Part shown: positions 49,243-61,102 of the stretch, one piece after another
Layout: every line of letters starts with the position of its first letter
Numbering within the stretch: the first letter of the stretch is position 1
DNA from: Carcharhinus longimanus
Lineage: Eukaryota
Direction: 5' to 3'
Length of the DNA stretch: 64,000 nt
Assembly: GCA_030264375.1 (NCBI GenBank)
Contig: JASCQW010000109.1
Span: 69,601,110 to 69,665,109 of the forward strand
Translations under genes and position numbers: made by a program
Notes under the pieces: model-generated
What the model was told of the DNA's origin: nothing
Database searches by the model: none
Seen by the model: only the letters and a program-made list of their open reading frames with translations

Positions 49243-51711
49243 ATGAGATATAAAATACATTTGCTGATAAAATGCCAGCTATTGTATTGTGTGTTCTCCT
49301 CGTGGAATCCAGTGCTTGGGCAAACTCGTTATTCGATTCCTGAAGAACTCGAACAGGGCGCCTTTGTTGGGAATATTGCAGCCGATTTGGGTTTGGATAT
49401 AAAGCAGCTCTCGGCTCGTAGTTTGCAGGTTGCGTCTGGGCCTAACAAACAATATGTGGGCGTAAAATTAGACAATGGGATTTTATTTGTGAAGGAAAAG
49501 ATTGATAGAGAACAGCTTTGCGGGCCTACACTGAACTGTGTGTTATCCTTGGATATTACGCTTGAAAACCCCCTCAGTCTGTATCAATTTGAAGTGGAAA
49601 TCCTCGATGTAAATGACAATGCTCCCAGCTTTCCAAGGAGGCAGATCCGCCTCGAAATCTTAGAGATTGCTGCGCCTGGAGCGCGTTTTCCCCTTGACTC
49701 CGCGCACGATCCGGACATTGGAAACAACTCCCTACAAACGTACCAACTTCTTCCGAACGATTATTTCACTCTCGATGTACAAATACGGAGTGGAGAAGGG
49801 AAGTTACCGGTACTGGTGTTGCAGAGGCCCTTGGATAGGGAAACTATATCAACCCACAGTTTAACGCTGATAGCTAAGGATGGCGGGATCCCTGTAAGAT
49901 CAGGCACTGCTCAGGTCATAATCACAGTAAAAGATGTAAACGACAACGCGCCTATTTTCTCCCAGTCGGTTTACAAAGCCAGTGTGTTGGAAAATGCTCC
50001 AGTTGGTAGCCGAATAGTCACAGTAAATGCCACTGATTTAGACGATGGTTCAAATGGAGAGATAATGTACTCGTTCAGCAGTCACACATCTGCAATAGCC
50101 CGTGAATTATTTAGAGTGGATTCGAAAACTGGTGAAATCACAGTGAAAGGTAATTTGGACTATGAACAAAGAAATGTTTATGAGATTAACATACAAGCAT
50201 TAGACCTGGGTCCTTATGCAATGCCGGAGCACTGTGACGTTTTGGTTAATATTATTGATGTGAATGATAATGCACCCGAGGTGACGCTGAGGACTTTGTC
50301 TAGCACAGTTTCAGAAGACGCTCCAGTTGGAACTGTAGTCGCTCTGTTCAGTGCAGCAGATAAAGATTCGGGGCGAAATGGGCAGGTAAATTGCGAAATT
50401 TCAAAAAAACTCCCCCTCATATTAGATTCTTCATTGAAGGGCTATTACAGACTACTTATTCAGCATCGACTGGATCGGGAAAATACCTCCAAGTATGACG
50501 TTACTATCACATGCACAGATGCAGGAAATCCTCCTCTCACAACCAGGAAAACCATTCGAGTGGATGTTTCAGATGTAAATGACAATAGGCCTCAGTTCAC
50601 GCAGCGTTTCTACACAGCAAACGTTGTGGAGAATAATATTATCGGGAGTTCTGTATTGTCCGTCATAGCCGTTGACCCAGATATAGGATTAAACGCTCGA
50701 CTAAACTATTCTCTGCTGGAAACTCAAGTTCAGAACTCTTCGGTGGCCACTTACGTTTCTATTAACTCGGAGAGTGGTGTCATATATTCTCAGAGATCTT
50801 TTGACTATGAGCGATTAAAAAACTTTCAAGTTCAAGTTCAGGTCATGGACTCTGGAATTCCACCACTCGCCAGTAATGTCACAGTGAATGTTATTATCCT
50901 TGATCAGAATGATAATGTTCCAGTCATCGTGCACCCATTAGCCGACTATGGCTCAACAGTAACAGAGACAATATCCAGGTTTGCAGAACCAGGCTACTTG
51001 GTTGCTAAGGTATCGGCCATTGATGCTGACGCCGGGCAGAACGCTCGCCTTTCTTATTCCATTTTTCAGGCTACCCAGCATAACCTCTTTACTATTTCAC
51101 CAGACAATGGCGAGATTTGGACTATCCGTCGTATTGAGAATAAAGATGCCTCTCAGCAAAGGTTGGTGATTATGGTAAAAGACAATGGAACACCTTCTCT
51201 TTCTGCCACAGTGACCATCATCTTATCTGTGATTGGGAGTGATATGGAAACGTTTCCTGATGTGAGCAGCTTATCGGATGATCCTGGTCTCACAGCTGAT
51301 TTGAGTCATGCCCTAGTCATAGCCTTAGGTACAATTTCCATCATTTTCCTCATGATTTTAATTATCCTCGCCATTAAAGTTCACAACGGCAGAAATCCTT
51401 TAGGAAGTCAGCCCTGTTCTCTGGCTGTTTGCTGCTGCTTTGAAACAAGACATTCTCTGAATGGAATCCAAAAGGCCAGTAGAAATCTTCAGATACCACC
51501 CAACTATGTTGAGGTATTCGGGGGTGATCCACTTTCTCAGAGTTTCCGCTATGAGTCATGTTCAACATTGCAGTCAACAAAGAGAGATTTCATCACATCA
51601 AACACATGCAAATCATCTACAGGCAAGAATTATAACTGGAATAAACCAAACACGGATGAAAATCCAGAGCTGAAGAATTCAGAATATTATCCTAACTCTG
51701 TGAACAATGAG
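49243..51711 (+). CDS. Clustered protocadherin variable exon V6
   Basis: ORF 49096-51726; shared start at 49243 (in-frame ATG also at 49234); donor GAG|GTGAGA after 51711 (823 codons). Confidence 0.95.
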
Positions 51712-54214
51712 GTGAGACCCATCTAAATGAGGAGCTGATCCTGGCAGGTTTGGTTTGCATGTCAGATGTATTTATGCAAATTCAGCATATTTAAGTGAAG
51801 GGAAGAAGATGTATGTTCAATGTTTCATTCACAGTGTTCTGCAGTGTCTCCATTTACAGACTAACGCTCCGATTTGTCGTTATAATGTGGCATCACTCAG
51901 GAAGTGTTGTCAGTTCTATGGTTTATAGGTAAATACTGTACATTGCTCAGTTGGGTTTTACAAGTTTACAGAGGTCCACATGACGTTTAAGGGACATGGA
52001 AGGTTGGTTAAAATCGTTGGAAACATCAGCATTTCCCACAGTCTCTAAGCATTTGCATGTTAATTATATGTAGAGGGAGTTTGTCCGTCGCATATGTCTG
52101 CCCACGTGCAGAACTGTTTCTTCCACAGCAGAAAAGGAGAACAGATTACATAAACAGTAGTTACTTCTCCGTTGATCTTCTCACAGCCCCATGGCTGCAA
52201 GTTAATATTATTAGGATATTTCTCAGTTCCAGGTTAAAATGGGCAGGATAACTTTTCTTCTCATAAGTTACAGAAATACTGAGTTGAAGTCGATTCAGTA
52301 ATTAAGACTAGTTGTGTTGAATATTTATCTGTCAATAGAGAATCAGTAACTGCATCAGAGGTTAGCGAAAGGAGTTCTGTGCATAGGCATCAAAATGTAC
52401 CAAAACTCTTCTCTTTCTGGAGAGACTGCAACACCCACCTCTAGTCAGTCTTTCACACACCATCACATTCAAAATACAGTATGAGACAGGTAGCTGTAAT
52501 ATGCAGCTCTTGAAAGCAAAAATAGTAACCAACATTTTAGCCAATTATTCTAATCAGAATTGAAGCTCATATGAAAGGGCAAAAAGAGCAATGTGCCCAT
52601 GTATGTGCCAATCTTCCTTCCTGGGGTTGCATGGTAATCTACATGTCTCAATCCATTGAGTAACCTGGGCACAAATCGAATTAAAATAGGCAATCAATGC
52701 ACATTGTAGGTTTGAGTTAATCGTGACACGGGGTCGTAATAAAATGCTAAATGCAATGTGTTAGTATTATCCTAAATTCTATAAATACAACAACTTGGGA
52801 GCTAATGACAACTAATGTAACATCCGTGTTTTGAAAGATTTAAAACAATGTTTATACTGACATAATAGTTTTTCAAATATTCCAATGAGGAAATACCTGA
52901 GACCCTTGTCCTCTTCATTCTGTTCACTGGAAAATTATGCAGGAGGAGTAAATAGTCCACAAACTGTTCTCAAGATAATTGACGTTTGACAGATACCTCG
53001 TCGTGCATCTAGTATGCATCAGTGACGAGGCATGTGCCTATTAAAACAATGTTTTCTCAAGTTTTAAAAAGAAATGATGATGAGGGAATGTCATGTGAGG
53101 CCCGGCGAAGTGCAACTTGTTGGCTGACAAGAATTCACAAGTGCCAGCGTTTCTGTCATGCCATCTTCCATCAATATCGCCTGGGGAAAATATTCCGAAC
53201 ACTTGGTGAGATAATGGTGGGTCGGTTTCCTGTCAGCAAAGCTCAACTTCTCTCCTTGGAGGGCTTATCATCTCCAGCAATTGAGATGTGCCTTAACCCT
53301 CTCAAGGAAGCCTGGCTGGCCAACCAGAAAAGAATGGAGGCCAGAGCCATCCTGAGACATGTGTGAACTGCTATGTTGCACATATGTACACTTGGCACAT
53401 GAATTCGTCCTTGAAGGGTCATCTCCAAAATAAAGGATGTAATTTACTTATTTTATGAGTAAAGGATATATTTAGCTACTGCCATGGTTCTGAGTCTCCC
53501 CATGTGTGCCCATAGTCAGCTGAGGGCTGTTCATCTTCAAGTATTGCAAATATAACTGTACGTTGAAGAACCACTGAGAAGAATTGTGTTAATTCCATAT
53601 TCCTTCTGCCAGCTGCATGCCCCCATGCAGAGGTTAGAGACATGCTTGGCAAGCTGACAAGAGTTGATTGTGTACTACATTGTGGAGGAGGGACTGGATT
53701 GTTGCTAGAGCAGCTGGCGCACCATTCACCTTGGGAGAGCTGCCACTATGCACATTGAGATGCTCAATGTAGCTCTCCCTTCTAACATTCTGATGTATGC
53801 TGTGGAGCATGCAACGCGATTCTTTTACAGGTATCATTATTCAGGCAAAATTGCGTTTAAACCCCGACACAAAAATCTTCCCCCAGGAGCTGGTGGCTTG
53901 CAAACTGAGTACTCTCTTGATATCAACTCATGGATAGATCCAGGCAGCTCACAATCAAGGGATCATTCATGCCAAAACCAAGCTTCTTTTCCTTGTTATT
54001 GTCACATCTGGAAATTCCTGGAATGTGATCTTGTCATGTCCTCTTGCGCACCAGAAGTCTTTGGTGAATTGTGAGTGCCATCGGAACTGGGGTGATTAAT
54101 CAAAACCCAAGACAAAAGAATAATAGATTTGCTTAATTTGGTGGCTCACCAGAGTATTTCAAGAGCAATTCGGGAAGGGGAGCAAATTCTAACATTCCCA
54201 GTGGCACTCCCATT

Positions 54215-54850
54215 TTTTAATTCATTCTTGGGACACGGGTTTCACTGGCTGGCCAGCATTTCTTGCACATCCCTAGTTGTCTTTTGTGGGGGGAAGTTGA
54301 GAACCAACTAAACCGCTGTGGATTTTATTGGACTGGGATCATAATGCAGGCCAGACGAGGTTAAGGCTGGCAGATTTTCTTCCCTAAATGGCATTAATTT
54401 TTTGTCTCTCTCTTTGGAAATCAACAATGGTTTACTGATTATCAGTCGATTCTTAATCCAGCNNNNNNNNNNNNNNNNNNNNNNNNNNNNNNNNNNNNNN
54501 NNNNNNNNNNNNNNNNNNNNNNNNNNNNNNNNNNNNNNNNNNNNNNNNNNNNNNNNNNNNNNCCCGCCCCCTCCCCAAAGCCCAAAGATGTGCGGGTTAC
54601 GTTGATTGCTCATGGTATATTAACTGCCCCATTGTCCCCCTGACACTATCAGTGTAACTATGTGGGGTTAGGAGGATAAGACTTGGGTCTGCTAGGGCAG
54701 ACTCGATAGGCCACATGACCGCCTTCTGCACTGCAGCGATTCTATGATTCTACGAAATTCCACCGCCTGTCGAGGTGGGATTCAAAACCTGAACAATACT
54801 TCAGTTTCCGGATTGATAGTCTAGCGCTAATATCACTAGGCCATTACCCC
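54215..54850 (-). mobile_element. SINE-like repeat interrupted by a gap and a + strand HE1-type tail (54562-54755)
   Basis: ggctggccagcattt..ggcagattttcttccctaaa..gaggtgggattcaaa; nested cccaaagatgtgcgggtta..ttctatgattcta. Confidence 0.6.
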
Positions 54851-56229
54851 CACGTCATGTTGTTTGACTTTCAAAAGTTTTATTAAATTTTAATTAATGT
54901 ATACTTATTGAACCCTTCAAAACTGCTGCTGCAAAAGCTTATAGTCAATGATGTAATCAGTCTAAAATGAGCAAGTAAGAGAGTAATATCATTGTTCTTA
55001 ACAATGCAAATGAAAGCAGGAACTGTGAGTACCACAAAACATTTCTTGAAGTGAAGCATTGTACAAACCAAGGCGAAATTATTTGAGAGGCAATGGCCCA
55101 TAATTTCCTCAGAGTGCTATTACCCAGTGGCTTCCTAATCGTGATGGTTTTATTCGCATTGAAATTCCAAAACTCCTGTCATTCCCAAAGTTCTCACTCA
55201 GGCTCATTGAGACAGGAGCAGCGAAATGCGCCTCTGACTGCGTCAATGGGGAGTAACTGGGGTGGGGAGAAGAATGGAATGGATTGGGTCGAGTTGGGTT
55301 GGGCTTTTCTTCAGGGAAGTTGGTTGTGTAATGATATTATCACTGGACTAGTAATCATGAGACCCAGTGTTTCGGGACCCAGGTTTGAATGTGAACGTGA
55401 CAGATGGTGAAATTTGAATTCAACACAAAAACCCTTGGCTAGCGGGGAAGGGATCTTATTGGACTGAAAGGAGAGGTCGGGCCAGATTCGGAGTGGTAAG
55501 AGAAACAGAACAGATCGGCAGAATGGAGGTGGGGAATCGAGTCGGAAAGGGGGGATCATATGGGGTCGTGTTTGTGCCTGAGTGACTCTGCATTTTTTGG
55601 ATTATTGTTCTAGAATTAGAGGTGTTTTCTTTCCTCTTCACACTCTTTCAGACGAATTAACAAGGTGATTTACAACTCTTTTGTTGGATGGTTCTAAGCC
55701 CTCTCAAGTATCAAGGAGAAATTTAGCACTTGTGGACAATTGCCGGGTAAAATCTTATGTGGGAAAGACCTAGAGGGATTTCGGAGCACATTCCTAGGTT
55801 ACTCCCAAAATGTGACGCTGAATAAACAAAACGTTTTGGGCCACTAATCTAGGCTTGGGCCTCTGGACGATTTCAAACTTTACAAATGGAATAAAACTTG
55901 CGTTGTAAACGGAGAAGGGGGCAATGACAGACATCAAGAACACATAACGACAGGCTGATGGAATGGGCAGACACGATGGATGATATTTAAAGCAGAGAAG
56001 TGGGAGGTGATACGTTTTAATAGGAAGAATGATGAATTGCACTGCAAATTAATTGATAAACTTCAAAAGAAGGTACTAGCTCAAAGGATCCTGGAGGTAT
56101 ATGTGCACAGATCGTTGAAGGTGGCAGGAAATGTTGAGAAAGTGAGTTAAAAAAGTACGTGGGTGTAGAAATAACGTGGGAAAGTTCAAAAGTAAGGCAT
56201 ATTGCTGTAAAATAGACAGGCCGTCAAAA

Positions 56230-57000
56230 TAATTCAGCTTCACTCATCAAGACAGACGCATGAATGCCAAATTTGAAAGAGAACAATTTTGTTGCATGAT
56301 TACTCGGTACTAATTAGTTGGCAAGCATATTTGGTTATTATGGAGAAGGCAACAGGGAAAATGAATCCCACAAGCCTCGAAATATATCGCCATTCCTTTG
56401 CACTTCTTGGGTCCAAATTCTGGAATGTACTACCTAACGGAACTGTGGGTTAACCCACAGCACGTGGACTGCAGCGTTTTAAGAAGGCAGTTCACCACCA
56501 CCTCCTTTAGGGCAACTGGAATTGGCAATAAAATCTAGCCAGCCAGCGATGCCCAAATTCCACAAATGAATACAAAGTGTTGTTTAAATCCAGTTTGGGC
56601 AGATAACTCAGATTGTTTGGAGCATTGCCGTGGGATATACATCATGGTAAATGAACAATCTCAAATATGAAAAGAATTACAGTAACGAACACTTGAATGT
56701 TAACAATCAAGCTCGTCATTTAGTTCACTTAAACTTGCCACAAGCTACCTGTATTCATGGATAGGGGCACGTCCTATGCAAACAGAAATAAAATGCACAG
56801 ACATTGCTGTTTTTTAAATTAAACATAATAATGAGAATAGCCTCCCTGTGCGTTCTCCATGGCAGAGTGTCAACCAATCAGAATGCAACCAAACAACAGT
56901 TTTCATATGCAGTATTAACTGTTGTTACCTTTGACATTTTGTACATTTGGATCTATCCTGAAGAGGGAACAAAACTTCGACAGCATATCTCATTTTCAGT
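56230..57000. mobile_element. Inverted pair of Penelope-like terminal repeats with an internal LINE tail (56387-56575)
   Basis: 56230-56360 (-) and 56830-57000 (+) both resemble 790-880 (tcatgc..attgtt..CTGnnGA). Confidence 0.5.
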
Positions 57001-57059
57001 ACACTCAAGAATTGTTAAATCAAAACCTAAGTAGCTTATGGTGAACATGTATAAAATGC

Positions 57060-57500
57060 CAGCTGAACCTTAGCTAAAATACTGTGTCTAATTCTGAACA
57101 GCACACTTCATGAAGGATGCGAAAGATTTGGGGCAAATGAAGAATAGAATATGAGAACGTTTCCAGAGATCAAAAACTTCTCTTATGTGGATATCGTAGC
57201 AATACTTGTGGTGCTTTCAATAAAGCAGAGAAGATTGAGAAGAGATTTGATGGAAGCATAGACAACAGAAGCAAATGCCTTTCTGTGCAACCAATTGGTC
57301 GGATCTACAATGTGCTTCCAAAGGTTGTGAGGAAGGCAGATTTAATCATAGCTTTCAGAGTGAATTGGATAATTATCTGAAGATAAAAATATTGTGGCTT
57401 GATATAAAACTGCTAGGAAGTCGGACAAGATGGTTAGTTCTTGCAGAGAGCCAATATGCACACAATGGATGGAATGGCCTCCTTGTACGTTTTAACAATG
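57060..57500 (+). mobile_element. Degenerate CR1 3' end
   Basis: gcagagaagattgagaagagatttgatggaag..gaattggataattatctgaag..gaatggcctccttgt. Confidence 0.65.
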
Positions 57501-58245
57501 TTTTCATCTCAATTATATCAGGAAACATACCAATTAAATTATGTACTTTGTTTAGATTTTAAGTGGACGTTTGTTGATAGGCCACAAGTGATGGGCTATG
57601 GGGTTTCCAGCTTATACGATAAATAGATTGTAAATTGGCTTCGTACCAGCAGGCAGGTGTATTAGATTACTATCTCCAAGTGTATTTTCCAGCATCGTTT
57701 TTGGCTTCCTACAGCTCACAGATATTGTAATTCAAATAGATTATTCGTGTTAATACATTTTTCAGTGACAAAGAACTATGTGGTAGTTACAGGTGAAAAA
57801 AGTAAAATTACTTTTAGAGTGACATATGCTCATTTCAAACAATGTGTTAAGGCATAAAATGTTCTCGTGGGTTAAATATATGTATAGTGAATTACTTTTT
57901 GTGAGAGTACGGGCTGCAAGAAAATGCACCCACTGCCAAGGCTGAGAAAACAAATAAAAATAACTATAGAAACGAACATATGTTATGCCCTGAAATACTC
58001 CAATCATTTTGAAAGTGTTAGTAATGAGGCAAAGGCCAAGGGCCTGGAAGGCAGTGAATTTAAATTCATGGTCATTAATAGTGACAATGGAATTGAATGT
58101 TTGGACATAATGAGTTCCGCAGATTCCTTTCCATCTTATGTCTTTATTTATTTTCAGGACATTCGCCACATGTGATCTTACATTATTCATTCATTCAGTA
58201 GAAAATGTTTACGCATAACAAATAATGGTGAAAATAGCTTAATAA

Positions 58246-58450
58246 AATTTTAATTGTGCAACAAAAATTGTAGGTCTGCAACGCTACTTTCAGTCCTTGC
58301 TTTAAGAAACGAGTAACATTGCAATTGGTTGAATTTCTTTGTGGCTCTGTTCACCAATCAGAAGCGGAGATGTGAATGGGGATCCGGACGGCCCCCTTTA
58401 CTACCCAGCCACCATCACGCACGATCAGAGGCAGTGTAAAATTGGATAGC
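58246..58450 (+). promoter_or_regulatory. Promoter cassette of V7
   Basis: TTTTAATTGTGCAAC, GCTTTAAG 58299, ATTGG 58324, CCAAT 58354, GATC 58381. Confidence 0.8.
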
Positions 58451-58636
58451 GAGCAGCTCGGTCGCGTTTGGGAGAAATGAACAGGTCTGACTGAAAAAAG
58501 AATCGAGCGATTCGCAAAGCGACAAGGTACTGAGTACATCTAGCTCATTGGTTTTATTTTACAAACGATGCAACATTTAAAAGGATCATGATTGGTGCGT
58601 GCGAGCACTGAAACAATTGGAATGTGTTGACTAGAA

Positions 58637-61102
58637 ATGAGATATCAAATATATTGCTTCCTAAAATGCCAGCTATTGTACTGTATATTCCCGTGGAGTT
58701 TTGCTTTTGGGCAAATTCATTATTCGATTCCCGAAGAGCTGCAACTCGGCGCCTTTATCGGAAATATCGCAGCCGATTTGGGTTTAGATATAAAGGAGCT
58801 CTCGGGCCGCAGTGCACGGATTGCTCCCGGGTCCGGGGAGCAGTATGTGGACATCAGTTTAAACAATGGAGTTCTGTTTGTGAAGGAAAAGATTGACAGA
58901 GAAAACCTCTGCGGGCCGAGCCTCACGTGTGTGTTGTCCTTGGATATTATGTTTGAAAACCCCCTAAGTCTGCACCAGATTGAAGTGGAGATTCTCGATG
59001 TTAATGACAACGCTCCCAGTTTTCCAAAGAACCAGATCCGCCTCGAAATTTCAGAGACTGCATTGCCCGGAGCGCGTTTTCCTCTCGACCCTGCGCACGA
59101 TCCGGATATTGGCAACAACTCCCTGCAAATGTACCAGCTCCTCCCAAACGATTACTTTATTGTCGACGTACAAATGCATAGCGAGGAAAGAAAATTACCG
59201 GTGCTGGTGTTGCAGAAGCCATTGGATCGAGAAACGATATCAACCCACAGATTAACTCTAATGGCCAAGGACGGCGGGATCCCTATAAGGTCAGGCACTG
59301 CTCAGGTTCAAATCATTGTGAAAGATGCAAACGACAACTCACCTGTTTTCTCCCAGCCGGTGTATCGAGCCAGCCTCTTGGAAACTGCACAAATAGGAAC
59401 TCTAATAATCAGGTTAAATGCTACTGATTTGGACTATGGTTTAAATGGAGAGATAATGTACTCGCTTAGTAGCCACAGTTCAGCTGGAGTTCGTGAACTC
59501 GTTGATGTAGATTCCAAAACTGGCGAAATCAGAGTGAAAGGGAAACTGGACTATGAGGAAAAAAAGGCTTTTGAGATTAACATTCAAGCAATCGACAAAG
59601 GTCCTCACCCAGTGCCCGAGCACTGTGTTCTATTAGTGAATATAATTGATGTGAATGATAATGCACCTGAGGTTACACTGAGGACCTTGTCCAGCACAGT
59701 TTCAGAAGATGCTCCAGTTGGAACCGTAGTCGCTCTGTTCAGTGCTGCAGATAAAGACTCGGGGCCAAATGGACAGGTACAATGTCAAATTTCAAATAAA
59801 TTGCCCTTTAAACTAGATTCATCTTCGAAGAGCCATTATAGTTTGTTCATTCAGCGCCAGCTCGATCGCGAAGATACTCCAAAATATGATGTTACTATAA
59901 TCTGCACTGATTCAGGAAGTCCTCCTCTGATATCCAAGAACAATATTCGGATATACGTTTCAGATGCAAATGACAATCCGCCAAGATTCACTAGACACTT
60001 ATACACAGCAAATGTGATGGAGAATAATGCTGTTGGTATCTCCATATTCTCCATGACAGCCTATGATCAGGATATAGGTGAGAACGCTAAACTAAGCTAC
60101 TGTATCCTGGAAACTCACGTTGAGAATGCATCAGTGTCCAATTATGTCTCAATTGACTCGGGGACTGGGGCCATAATCGCTCAAAAATCTTTTGACTATG
60201 AGAACTTGAAAAGCTTTCAGTTCCAAGCTCAGGTCATGGACTCTGGAACCCCATCACTCGCCAGTAATGTCTCAGTGAATGTTATTATCCTTGATCAGAA
60301 TGACAATGCTCCAGTAATCGTGCACCCATTAGCCGAATATGGTTCAACGGTAACAGAGACAATATCCAGGTTTGCAGAACCAGGCTACTTGGTTGCTAAG
60401 GTATCGGCTACTGATGCTGACGCTGGGCAGAATGCTCACCTTTCTTATTCCATTTTCCAGGCTACCCAGCATAACCTTTTTACTATTTCACCAGACACTG
60501 GAGAACTTTGGATTATCCGTCGTCTTGAGAATAAAGATGCCTCTAAGCAAAGGTTGGTGATTGTGGTAAAAGACAATGGAACTCCATCACTTTCTACCAC
60601 AGTGACCATCATTTTAACTGTGGTAGGTGGCGACACTGAATCGTTCTCTAGCGTCAGTGGATCATCTGTAGATCCACGGTTCACTCCTGATCTGAGCCTT
60701 TCCCTGGTAATATCCTTGGGGATAATTTCTACCGTTTTTCTCGTTATTTTGATCATTCTTGCCACTAAAGTTCATAAAAGCAGAAATGCTTTGGGAGGTC
60801 AGCACTGTTCATTGGGTGTTTGTTGTTGCTTTGAAGCAAGACATTCTCTGAATGGAATTCAAAAGGCCAGTCGAAATCTTCAGATTCCACCCAACTACGT
60901 TGAGGTATTCGGGGGTGATCCACTTTCTCAGAGTTTCCGCTACGAATCATGTTCAACATTGCAGTCAACAAAGAGAGACTTCATCGCTGCTAACACCGTT
61001 AGGTCATCTACGGAGAAGAACTATCTCCAGAATGAGTCTATGAGGAAAGAATACCAGGGGATAATAAATTCTAAAAATCACAACGATCCTTTAAACACTG
61101 AG
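58637..61102 (+). CDS. Clustered protocadherin variable exon V7
   Basis: ORF 58637-61111; six EC repeats, TM, cytoplasmic motif; donor GAG|GTGAGT after 61102 (822 codons). Confidence 0.95.

Noticed and set aside
53020-54110. GC-richer stretch with short ORFs, possibly an old transposon or exon
   Set aside because: No recognisable motif could be supported by eye.
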